Assembly: GCA_965279315.1 (NCBI GenBank)
Contig: OZ257145.1
Coordinates: 1,099,582 to 1,163,581 of the forward strand
Direction: 5' to 3'
Length of the DNA stretch: 64,000 nt
DNA from: Alphaproteobacteria bacterium
GTDB lineage: Bacteria > Pseudomonadota > Alphaproteobacteria > Micavibrionales > UBA2020
A program made the translations under genes and the position numbers. Within the stretch, counting starts at the first letter, position 1. Each line of letters opens with the position of its first letter. Positions 46,040-53,568 of the stretch are shown piece by piece. The notes beneath the pieces were generated by a model that was not told the origin of the DNA, searched no databases, and saw only the letters and a program-made list of their open reading frames with translations.

Positions 46040-46863
46040 TAACCGCCGCCGCCAAATCCGCCGAGCGCATTTACGCCGTCCTGATCCGCCATTTATATAT
46101 CCTGCGCGGGTCCAAGGCGCGCATCATCGAAATCATTTATTGGCCGTCGGTGCAGATGATTTTGTGGGGATTTATTTCCCGCTTTTTCGCCATGTCGGGC
46201 GGCACGCCCGGCGGTGGCGGCATGGGCGCGAAGGCGTTCGGGATTTTGCTCGGCGCGGTATTGCTCTGGGATATGCTGTTCCGCACACAGCTGGGCGTGA
46301 CGCTGTCCTATCTGGAAGAAGTCTGGGCGCGCAACCTCGGCCATTTATTCGTCAGCCCCCTGCGCCCGTGGGAATGGTGGATGGCGATGATGGCCTATTC
46401 CGTGCTGCGCGCGCTGGCGGGGATGCTGCCGGCGACGATCCTTGCGATCCCTTTCTACGGATACTCGCTGTTCGATCTCGGCCTGCCGCTGCTGTTCTTT
46501 TTCTTCAACCTGATGTTCATGGGCTGGTGGCTCGGCTTCCTCATCATGGCGCTGCTATTGAAGGCGGGGCAGGGCGCAGAAACGCTCGCCTGGGCATTGA
46601 CCTTTTTCCTCGCGCCCTTCTGCGCCGTTTATTACCCCATCTCGACGCTGCCCGCCTGGCTGCAGCCGGTGTCCCAAGCCATGCCCGCCTCGCATGTGTT
46701 TGAGGGTTTGCGCTCCATCATCAATAACGGCGTGTTTGAAGCATCGCATATGTGGTGGGCGTTCCTGCTCAATTGCGGCTACATGGCGATCTCCATGTTC
46801 CTCCTCCAGCTCTCCTTCAACAGCGCCCGCAAGGCCGGGACGTTGCTGCAGAGCGGGGAGTGA
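46036..46863 (+). CDS. ABC-2 type transporter permease
   Basis: 275 aa with 6 hydrophobic segments. ATGA overlap with the ATPase gene. Confidence 0.8.
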   Translation: MITAAAKSAERIYAVLIRHLYILRGSKARIIEIIYWPSVQMILWGFISRFFAMSGGTPGGGGMGAKAFGILLGAVLLWDMLFRTQLGVTLSYLEEVWARNLGHLFVSPLRPWEWWMAMMAYSVLRALAGMLPATILAIPFYGYSLFDLGLPLLFFFFNLMFMGWWLGFLIMALLLKAGQGAETLAWALTFFLAPFCAVYYPISTLPAWLQPVSQAMPASHVFEGLRSIINNGVFEASHMWWAFLLNCGYMAISMFLLQLSFNSARKAGTLLQSGE

Positions 46864-47459
46864 TGAGGTTGTTGCGTATTTTGTTATGTCTGGGCATTGC
46901 TTTGACAATAAGCGCATTAATAAATGAAGCCGATGCCGCCCAGAAAATTAAAATCGACAACATAGCGGGTGTGTACAAGAACAAGCACAAGATAGGTTTT
47001 GTCGGGGAAGAAAATCTGGTGACTGTTGAAGATGTATTGGAGATTGTAAAATACTCTCCAAATGAAGCTTATATCCGCACACGGCTGCTTTTTTATAACG
47101 GCCATTCCTGTTCGCTTTACGGCATAGCAAAAGTTGAAGGCAAGGCACTTGTATATCGCGAGCCCGTAGATGCCGACATGTCTGAGCCGCGAATTGTCGC
47201 TGCAGAAAATCAATGTGTCCTGACTTTGAATTTTTCAGATGAGGGAGTTAAATTTGGCGATCTAAAAAACCGCTGCGCGCACAAAACTTGCGGAGCACGA
47301 GGATTATACGAGAGTCGTCATGCGCCGGCCTTTATGACAGGCCAGCGACGTAAAATCCGTTATATGAGAAGTTTGCTAGGCTCAAACCAATATTGCGAAG
47401 CCGTGGAAAGACATGGTGATACTTGCAAAGTTTCTGCACTGTCGCATAGCGGGGGGTGA
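46863..47459 (+). CDS. secreted Cys-containing hypothetical protein (AT-rich gene)
   Basis: The in-frame ATG overlaps the permease stop (TGATG). Signal peptide MRLLRILLCLGIALTISALINEADA. Several Cys residues. No family recognised. Confidence 0.6.
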   Translation: MRLLRILLCLGIALTISALINEADAAQKIKIDNIAGVYKNKHKIGFVGEENLVTVEDVLEIVKYSPNEAYIRTRLLFYNGHSCSLYGIAKVEGKALVYREPVDADMSEPRIVAAENQCVLTLNFSDEGVKFGDLKNRCAHKTCGARGLYESRHAPAFMTGQRRKIRYMRSLLGSNQYCEAVERHGDTCKVSALSHSGG

Positions 47460-47776
47460 TGATCTTAAATCTATACAAAAAATACCCGCAGTTATCTGTC
47501 CTTAGCTTTTTGTATTTCTATCCCCTGCTGCTGATTACTATCGTCGTAGGGCTACTCGGATGGGCCGTGTTAATGGTGCCCGCTATATTAATTGTTCTGC
47601 CCTTCGCAATGTATATTCCTCCCCTCATTATTTTAGGTATGTTGCCTGTACTTAAACGGAGAGGGGGTTTCGCATATCTGTTGCTGGCCGTTTGCTACCT
47701 TATTTCCGGAACTCCAGTTTTTTATATTTACGGAATGAGGTTGGCTAATTTTTTGTATGGGAATATGGTTATTTGA
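47456..47776 (+). CDS. small three-helix membrane protein (AT-rich gene)
   Basis: 106 aa. Start overlaps the upstream stop (GTGATG). Very hydrophobic: LLLITIVVGLLGWAVLMVPAILIVLPFAMYIPPLIILGMLPVL. Confidence 0.55.
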   Translation: MMILNLYKKYPQLSVLSFLYFYPLLLITIVVGLLGWAVLMVPAILIVLPFAMYIPPLIILGMLPVLKRRGGFAYLLLAVCYLISGTPVFYIYGMRLANFLYGNMVI

Positions 47777-47906
47777 CCCATGCCGCGCCGCAGGATTGCC
47801 TTTTGCGTAAAACCTGTTACGAATCTTAATCACACGATAATCAGATGAAGCGAGAAGCCGCTGCAGCGGCCACCCAAGATTCACGCCATTTACGAGGAGA
47901 GCCGTC

Positions 47907-48767
47907 ATGGACTTCAACGCATCGGGACTTCCCAAGAACAAGCTGGTCGAAGAGGCCTTCAATTTCAGCCGCGCGAATTCGCAAGGCAATTCGAAAGAGG
48001 CGCTGAAAAGCTTCAAGCAGCAGATCGACATGATCCACACCCAGCAGATGATGATGCTGGACGCCGATAAAGACGGCATGTCCGACGCCGAATACAAGCA
48101 GCAGAAAAAAGAACTGGAACAGCTACGCGACGAACAGTTGAAAATGGGCCCCGGCCTGATCGTGCGCGAGCTGGAAAACATGTTCGAACAGCGCCGCGTG
48201 CACCCCGCGAAACTGGTCGCGGCGAATGCCGATGCGGCGTCGCCCGAACTGCTGTCGGCGATTTTGCTGATCGACTGCGTGCGCTCCCCGCTCGATTACA
48301 AGAACATCGCGTCGAAATTCGGCGACACCGTCGCCAACCTGATCGCGGAAGTCGTGCATATCGACGCCTATCCGTCCGAGCGTGACGGCAACCTTGCCAA
48401 GGCATCGCCCGACACCAAGCGCGCCTATGAAGGCCTGCTCATCACCAGCCTCGAGCAGATCGTGAAGCAGATCGCGGCGCAGGCGAAAGAAAACCCCGGC
48501 CAGAAAATCATGTTCCCGCCCGGCCAGGAAGAGCAGCTCTATGACGATGTGAAGGGCGTCTGGGGCAACGACAAAAAGCTCGACAAGAAATTCATGGATG
48601 CCTTCAACAAGGCGGCGGGTGCTGCGCATTCGCCCTACACCCTCGAAATCAGCCTGCAGGGCGATCTCGAACTGGTCAAGGGCAGCATCGCAAAACCGAC
48701 CGGCCCGAAACCCCCCAAGCCGAAAGGCCCGGGCGGCCCCGGCGGCATCGGCGGGGACGTGTTCTAA
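47907..48767 (+). CDS. hypothetical protein with K/P/G-rich C-terminal tail
   Basis: 286 aa with no signal peptide, ending KPTGPKPPKPKGPGGPGGIGGDVF. The central segment LLSAILLIDCVRSPLDYKNIASKFGDTVANLIAEVVHI faintly resembles a degenerate HD-domain region. Confidence 0.6.
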   Translation: MDFNASGLPKNKLVEEAFNFSRANSQGNSKEALKSFKQQIDMIHTQQMMMLDADKDGMSDAEYKQQKKELEQLRDEQLKMGPGLIVRELENMFEQRRVHPAKLVAANADAASPELLSAILLIDCVRSPLDYKNIASKFGDTVANLIAEVVHIDAYPSERDGNLAKASPDTKRAYEGLLITSLEQIVKQIAAQAKENPGQKIMFPPGQEEQLYDDVKGVWGNDKKLDKKFMDAFNKAAGAAHSPYTLEISLQGDLELVKGSIAKPTGPKPPKPKGPGGPGGIGGDVF

Positions 48768-48840
48768 ACCCTCGAGTCGCGCGGGATTCGCGCGATTCTT
48801 GCGTTAAAACGCGTTGTCACGGAATGTAACAGCGATAACG

Positions 48841-48875
48841 AAAAAGCGGGGGCAGGCAACTTCCCCCGCTTTTTC
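48841..48875. terminator. intrinsic terminator (A-run / stem-loop / T-run)
   Basis: AAAAAGCGGGGGcaggcaacttCCCCCGCTTTTT, downstream of the 47907-48767 gene. Confidence 0.7.
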
Positions 48876-48890
48876 ATGCGCATGATTCCG

Positions 48891-48955
48891 GTCACGCGTT
48901 GTCACCGCCTGTCACCAAAAAAACGGTTGAAACTTGAGGTCAAAGTTGAGAGAAT
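48891..48955 (+). promoter_or_regulatory. three helically phased GTCAC boxes followed by a candidate promoter
   Basis: GTCAC occurs at 48891, 48901 and 48911 (10-bp spacing), followed by TTGAAA (48927-48932)-N17-GAGAAT (48950-48955). The 12-mer ACGCGTTGTCAC also occurs at 48809-48820. Confidence 0.35.
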
Positions 48956-48961
48956 CTAGTC

Positions 48962-49038
48962 AGGCTCAAGAAGTGCGAGACGAGGGGCCGGAAGAAAAAA
49001 TCAAAAAAACCAGATGACCGCCGCGAGGCGGTTTTTTA
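48962..49038 (+). ncRNA. candidate small RNA or attenuating 5' leader (about 75 nt)
   Basis: No ORF lies between the candidate promoter and the stem-loop ACCGCCgcgaGGCGGT plus TTTTT at 49017-49038. The upstream gene already has its own terminator. Confidence 0.3.
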
Positions 49039-49042
49039 TTTA

Positions 49043-49064
49043 CTCCTCTCCCAAAGGAGAGGGG
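49043..49064. repeat. fragment related to the outer hairpin of the 145-nt repeat
   Basis: CTCCTCTCCcaaaGGAGAGGGG. Confidence 0.5.
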
Positions 49065-49219
49065 AAAGTCAAAACACACGTTCAACATCTTCGCTTCGCC
49101 GCTGAAATGACTCAGGAAAATATTTTAGCTTGCAAAGCCGAATCGGTTTTGCGATGTTGCGCTCAATAAAAACAAAAAGACTTTCGAATACACCCGACCG
49201 AAGCGGAGACCACCCCTTG

Positions 49220-49684
49220 ATGATGCGAGCACCACGCCACCGGCGCGCCAGCTGGATGCGCGAGATCGGCGAGTCCAAGATCGATATGGGCCTGATCGCG
49301 CCGATGTCCGAACATGCGCTCGACATGTCGCTCTATACCGCCGTCGCCGAAGACGACCACCGCGCCGTGCGCAACTGCGCGGGCAGCAACCCCGACATGC
49401 ATGCCGATGGCAAGCTGGGCGAACCGTCCGGCACGCTGCTTCATTTCGCCGCGCGCCATGCGTCCCTTAAAACCGTGATTGCGCTGCTGAATCTGGGCGC
49501 AGACCCGTTTGCGGTCGATGAAGACGGCAAAACCGCGCGTCAGGCCGCCGACGACCGCCCCACCGGCAACCGCGTCCGCACCGTGCTGGCGTTGTGGGAA
49601 AAGAAAAAGCTGAACGGCGACACCTCGCCGCTGCTGGAAGGCGAAGACGATTTCTCCATCCTCGACCGTCACGCGGCGTCCTGA
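49220..49684 (+). CDS. ankyrin-repeat protein
   Basis: GTLLHFAARHASLKTVIALLNLGADPFAVDEDGKTARQAA is a clear ANK repeat, preceded by a second degenerate repeat. Start uncertain (TTG at 49130 or several ATGs up to 49325). Confidence 0.7.
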   Translation: MMRAPRHRRASWMREIGESKIDMGLIAPMSEHALDMSLYTAVAEDDHRAVRNCAGSNPDMHADGKLGEPSGTLLHFAARHASLKTVIALLNLGADPFAVDEDGKTARQAADDRPTGNRVRTVLALWEKKKLNGDTSPLLEGEDDFSILDRHAAS

Positions 49685-49709
49685 TTCACAAAAAAATTCA
49701 GCGACCTTT

Positions 49710-49854
49710 CTCCTCTCCTTTGGGAGAGGAGATGTCACGAAGCGACAGAGGTGAGGGTACTTCGCCGGCTTCAGGCACTTGATGGCAACCAAGTACCCTC
49801 ATCCTCCCGCCGCAAGAAAGCGCGGCGGGCCCCTCCTTCTCCCAAAGGAGAAGG
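49710..49854. repeat. ~145-nt multi-hairpin intergenic repeat, copy B
   Basis: Same arms as copy A, with single-base differences (for example ATGTCACGAAGCGACAG). The central ~35 nt, enclosed by the GAGGGTACT/AGTACCCTC stem, are unrelated to copy A. Confidence 0.85.
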
Positions 49855-49862
49855 ACAAAAAA

Positions 49863-50678
49863 CTAACCGACTTTTGTGAGCGATTTCAGGAAGGCGATCA
49901 GCAGCGCGCCGCCCATGCCGGCTTGCGGGTGCAGTTTGTCTTCCAGTATATGCGCGGCGTTGCGGGTATGGAGAACCGCATCTGTGCGCAAGGCCTGCAA
50001 CACGGCGGCGGCGGCGGCCGAGCCCTTGCCATCCAGCAGCACAGGGATATGCGCAAGCCGCGCCGCGATCAGCGCGCCCATGATGGCGGCGATATCAAGG
50101 CCGCCGTAGTTCAGTAAAGCTTCCAGCGGTTGGATGCCGGATTTGATGCTGTCGATGATTTTCTCGCCCGCGTTTTCGGCGGCGGGGTTGAGTGCGGCCA
50201 CGACCAGCAGGTCGATGCCGGGCTGCACCGCCATCAGGCCGTACGATGTCGCATGGGCGGCGTCGGCCGCCTGCAACGCGGCTTCCTGGCGGAAATCGCG
50301 GGCGGCGGTTTCGGACGCCATCTCGTAAACCTGCAAATCGGCATTGGCGTCCTGCGCCAGCGGCGACAGCGCATGTGTGCCTGTGCGCAATTGTTTTAAC
50401 GCTTCGGCCAACCCCGTCTGCTTTTCGGGATAGGCACCGTGCGGCGCCATGAACAGGGCGATGCGCGGGTGGCGGATATCGGGTTTCTGCTTGTACTGCG
50501 ATGCGGCCATCCACCGCCAGACATCGGTATATTTGCCCAGCTTGTCGCCGCCTGCCGTCACGGGCGGCATGTCGGGCAGCACATGGCGCACCATCTCCGC
50601 GATCTCGGCCAGATCGACGCCGGGCGGGGTGACGGTTTTATCTGCCTGAATCTCGGTCACGGCTTGGGTTTCTCGCAT
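49863..50678 (-). CDS. cobT: CobT-like protein (nicotinate-nucleotide--dimethylbenzimidazole phosphoribosyltransferase family), short form
   Basis: The C-terminal two thirds match the DBI-PRT pattern (GIDLLVVAALNP...YGGLDIAAIMGALIAARLAHIPVLLDG). Start is ATG 50678 or GTG 50660 (GTGA overlap). The Arg-rich N-extension of the 398-aa ORF overlaps the upstream gene and was rejected. Confidence 0.65.
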   Translation of the reverse strand: MRETQAVTEIQADKTVTPPGVDLAEIAEMVRHVLPDMPPVTAGGDKLGKYTDVWRWMAASQYKQKPDIRHPRIALFMAPHGAYPEKQTGLAEALKQLRTGTHALSPLAQDANADLQVYEMASETAARDFRQEAALQAADAAHATSYGLMAVQPGIDLLVVAALNPAAENAGEKIIDSIKSGIQPLEALLNYGGLDIAAIMGALIAARLAHIPVLLDGKGSAAAAAVLQALRTDAVLHTRNAAHILEDKLHPQAGMGGALLIAFLKSLTKVG

Positions 50679-51193
50679 TTCGGGTAGCGGGCATCGCCCG
50701 GCTCGACGCGCTTCCAGGTTTCCGACTGGCTGAAGATGCCCTTGGTGAACTTGACCCGCATGGTCTTGTCGTCGATACCGGCCGCATCGACGCCGACATC
50801 CATGCCCATGCCGCGCAGCTCCATCCGTCCCTGCCAGTGGCCGGGGGCGACTCGTTGGAACTGCATTTTGGGGGAGAAATCGCATAGCCCTGCCACATCG
50901 CGGCTGGTCACTTGGTCGCCGAAGGCGCGGCCCGATTTGTCGCCGAACTTGTCGAAGATGGCGGTATCGGCAGTATTGACCCAATGCACGGTGCCGCAGA
51001 CACCGCTGTCGGCGCAGGGCTGCAGCGCGATCACGGCATCGAAGCTTTCGGTCTTCCACAGCGTCTGTCCCTGCGGCAGCTCGGGCGGGGTGTCGGGCGC
51101 GGAAAAGGCCATGCCCGGCGTTGCAGCCACGCCAAAAGCGGTTGCAAGGGCGGCGATGCTGGTGCGGAATTTCTTTTGCAGGGCTGGCGTCAC
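50657..51193 (-). CDS. secreted DUF2147-like protein
   Basis: GTG start. Signal peptide ...IAALATAFGVAATPGMAFSA. LWKTESFDAVIALQPCADSGVCGTVHWV pattern. Confidence 0.6.
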   Translation of the reverse strand: MTPALQKKFRTSIAALATAFGVAATPGMAFSAPDTPPELPQGQTLWKTESFDAVIALQPCADSGVCGTVHWVNTADTAIFDKFGDKSGRAFGDQVTSRDVAGLCDFSPKMQFQRVAPGHWQGRMELRGMGMDVGVDAAGIDDKTMRVKFTKGIFSQSETWKRVEPGDARYPKCEKPKP

Positions 51194-51200
51194 GGCAGAT

Positions 51201-51224
51201 GTCTCACTTTTGGCGTCTCACTTT
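51201..51224. repeat. 10-nt exact direct repeat (GTCTCACTTT x2, 14-bp period)
   Basis: Lies 8-31 nt upstream of the DUF2147 gene start. On that strand it reads AAAGTGAGAC-gcca-AAAGTGAGAC. Confidence 0.8.
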
Positions 51225-51510
51225 GTCAGGATAGGGAAGGTACTACTATCTTAGGCGTAACCGGTAAATTTTCAGGCAACCTGATTCCGTTGTCGGAAGC
51301 ACGGCGATTCTAGTCACGGATGTTGATATTTGCAAAATACCATCTACGTCCTTGATTATGGGTTCTCAAGGGTCATTATCAGCAGCCAAAAATGTCTAAT
51401 GCCTCTAGGGTAGGCTAAAATGGTTTACGTTATGTAAACTTATGGCGTAATATTCTGACTTTGTTAACTTTTGTATGGCACTCTTGATACTGGAGGAATT
51501 CGAGGAAGAC

Positions 51511-53445
51511 ATGGGGTTTATCAAGATGGCTGAAGATGCCGCGACAAAGAATCCGGCTAAAGCTACGGAAACAAAGGCTCCCGCGCCTTTGTCGATGAAC
51601 CCGACTCCTGCTGAACTGGCGGCGATGGCCGCTGCTGCAGCGCCGCCGCCTTCCGCAGAACCGCCGAAAAACGGCACCACCGCGCCGACCGTCACCGCCC
51701 CGCCGCCCTCGACTCACCTGTCCGGCGCGCCTGTCAAACGCATCGGCGACCGCCTTGTTGAACGCGGCCTGATCAGCGCCGACCAGTTGCAGGTCGCGCT
51801 GCACGAGAAATCGAAATCGCATTTGCTGCTCGGCGAAATTCTCGTCGACCTGAAATTCATTACGCCCGAGATCCTGTCGGAGTTCCTGTCCGAAACCACG
51901 GGCCTGCAGCTGTTCGACCCGAAAAAAACGATGATCGATCCCGAGGCGCTCGACCTCGTGACGAAAAAAGACGCGCAGAAATACCAGTTCCTGCCCATCT
52001 CGCTCGACCGCGAAAAGAACCGCGCGATCATCGCGATGACCGACCCTTACGACGTGGTTGCGCTCGACCGCCTGAAGCAGTTGCTGCCCAAAGGCTGTAC
52101 CGTTGTGCCGCAGGTCTGCCCGCCCGCGATCATGCAGGATTCCATTCACAAGGTGTATGGCGTCTCGACCTCGATCGACGGGATTTTGAAGGAACTTGCG
52201 GGCGACAAGGCCGCCGCGAAAAAGAACATCGACAACCTGAATTCCGAAGAGGCCTATTCGCATCCGCTCGTGCGCCTCGTCAACGCGCTGATCTTTGAAT
52301 CGCTGAAGATGGGCGCATCCGACTTGCACTTCGAGCCGGAAGAAAACTTTATCCGCATTAGGTATCGCATCGACGGCGACATGCAGACGGTGCACACGCT
52401 GCACAAGGAATACTGGAACGGTATCTGCCAGCGCCTGAAAATTCTGGCCGAGATGAACATCGCCGACAAGCTGGCACCGCAGGACGGACGCTTCAACCTG
52501 AACATGGGCGGTAGAGACGCCGACTTCCGCGTGTCATGCCTGCCGACCGTCACCGGCGAAAACATCGTGCTGCGCGTGCTGGATAAATCGGCGTCGATTG
52601 TGCCGCTGGAACGCCTTGGCTTCTCCGACCACAACATGTACCTGATCAAAAAGGCGCAGGCGCGTCCCGAAGGCATCATCATCGTGACGGGCCCGACGGG
52701 TTCGGGCAAAACCACCACGCTCTATTCGATGCTGAACGACGTCAACACGATCGACGTGAACATCCAGACGCTGGAAGACCCGGTCGAATACAACCTCGGC
52801 CTGATCCGCCAGACGCATGTGAAAGACGGCGGCGCCTTCACCTTCGGCGAGGGTATTAAAGCCCTGCTGCGACAAGACCCTGACATCATCTTCATCGGCG
52901 AGGTGCGCGATAGCATCACGGCGGAGCAGGCGCTCAAGGCCGCGATGACCGGTCACCAGGTCTATACCTCGCTGCACACCAACGACTGCTTCGGCGCGAT
53001 TCCGCGCCTGGTCGACCTTGGCATCAAGCCGGCGATGCTGGCGGGCGCGATTATCGCAACTCTTGCGCAGCGACTTGTCAGAAAGCTTTGCCAGAAATGC
53101 AAAGTGGCAAAACCGGCGACGCAAGATGAATGCAAATTACTGGCGATCGGTCCCGACGGCAACCCGATCGATTACGATAACCCGCCGACGATTTATCATC
53201 CCGGCGGCTGCCCTGAATGCAACAATTCGGGCTTCAAGGGCCGTATCGCCTGCGTGGAAATTCTGTATCTGGATGAAGAACTTGACGACATGATCGCGAC
53301 CGGCGCGATGAAATCCCAGCTAAAGCCCGTTGCGCGCAAGAAGGGTTTCAAGAATATGCTGGATGACGGTATTTTGAAAATATACCAGGGCACGACCAGC
53401 CTTGATGCCGCCGTCAAGATCCTCAACTTCTCCGACCGGATGTAA
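51511..53445 (+). CDS. pilB: type IV pilus assembly ATPase PilB (GspE/PilB family)
   Basis: N-terminal T2SSE_N-like domain (GDRLVERGLISADQLQVALHEK). Walker A GPTGSGKTTT, Asp and His boxes, tetracysteine CQKC...CPEC. Start chosen at the ATG with an AGGAAG RBS; the ORF opens at 51475. Confidence 0.9.
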   Translation: MGFIKMAEDAATKNPAKATETKAPAPLSMNPTPAELAAMAAAAAPPPSAEPPKNGTTAPTVTAPPPSTHLSGAPVKRIGDRLVERGLISADQLQVALHEKSKSHLLLGEILVDLKFITPEILSEFLSETTGLQLFDPKKTMIDPEALDLVTKKDAQKYQFLPISLDREKNRAIIAMTDPYDVVALDRLKQLLPKGCTVVPQVCPPAIMQDSIHKVYGVSTSIDGILKELAGDKAAAKKNIDNLNSEEAYSHPLVRLVNALIFESLKMGASDLHFEPEENFIRIRYRIDGDMQTVHTLHKEYWNGICQRLKILAEMNIADKLAPQDGRFNLNMGGRDADFRVSCLPTVTGENIVLRVLDKSASIVPLERLGFSDHNMYLIKKAQARPEGIIIVTGPTGSGKTTTLYSMLNDVNTIDVNIQTLEDPVEYNLGLIRQTHVKDGGAFTFGEGIKALLRQDPDIIFIGEVRDSITAEQALKAAMTGHQVYTSLHTNDCFGAIPRLVDLGIKPAMLAGAIIATLAQRLVRKLCQKCKVAKPATQDECKLLAIGPDGNPIDYDNPPTIYHPGGCPECNNSGFKGRIACVEILYLDEELDDMIATGAMKSQLKPVARKKGFKNMLDDGILKIYQGTTSLDAAVKILNFSDRM

Positions 53446-53568
53446 CGGCCAAGGCGGTGCCGGGCGTTTGCCTATACAAGTACTTGGTTTCCTTCTATAA
53501 TTGTTGTAACAATATCGGGTGGGCTCAATTCTCGGGTTCATCTGTCACGGGGTTCAGGGCGAATAACC

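Noticed and set aside
42012-49854. Possibility that the repeated elements form a CRISPR array
   Set aside because: There are only two full copies 7.7 kb apart, with genes between them. The units are 145 nt with internal hairpins, not 25-40-nt repeats with regular spacers, and there are no cas genes.
49863-51059. Full 398-aa version of the cobT ORF
   Set aside because: The first ~127 codons are Arg-rich nonsense that overlaps the DUF2147 gene out of frame. Family similarity begins only after the internal ATG/GTG near 50678/50660.
51477-51495. TGGCAC...TTGA resembling a sigma54 -24/-12 promoter just before pilB
   Set aside because: With GG fixed at -24, the -12 position reads ATAC rather than TTGC, so the spacing does not fit. 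The site also lies downstream of where a pilB promoter is needed.
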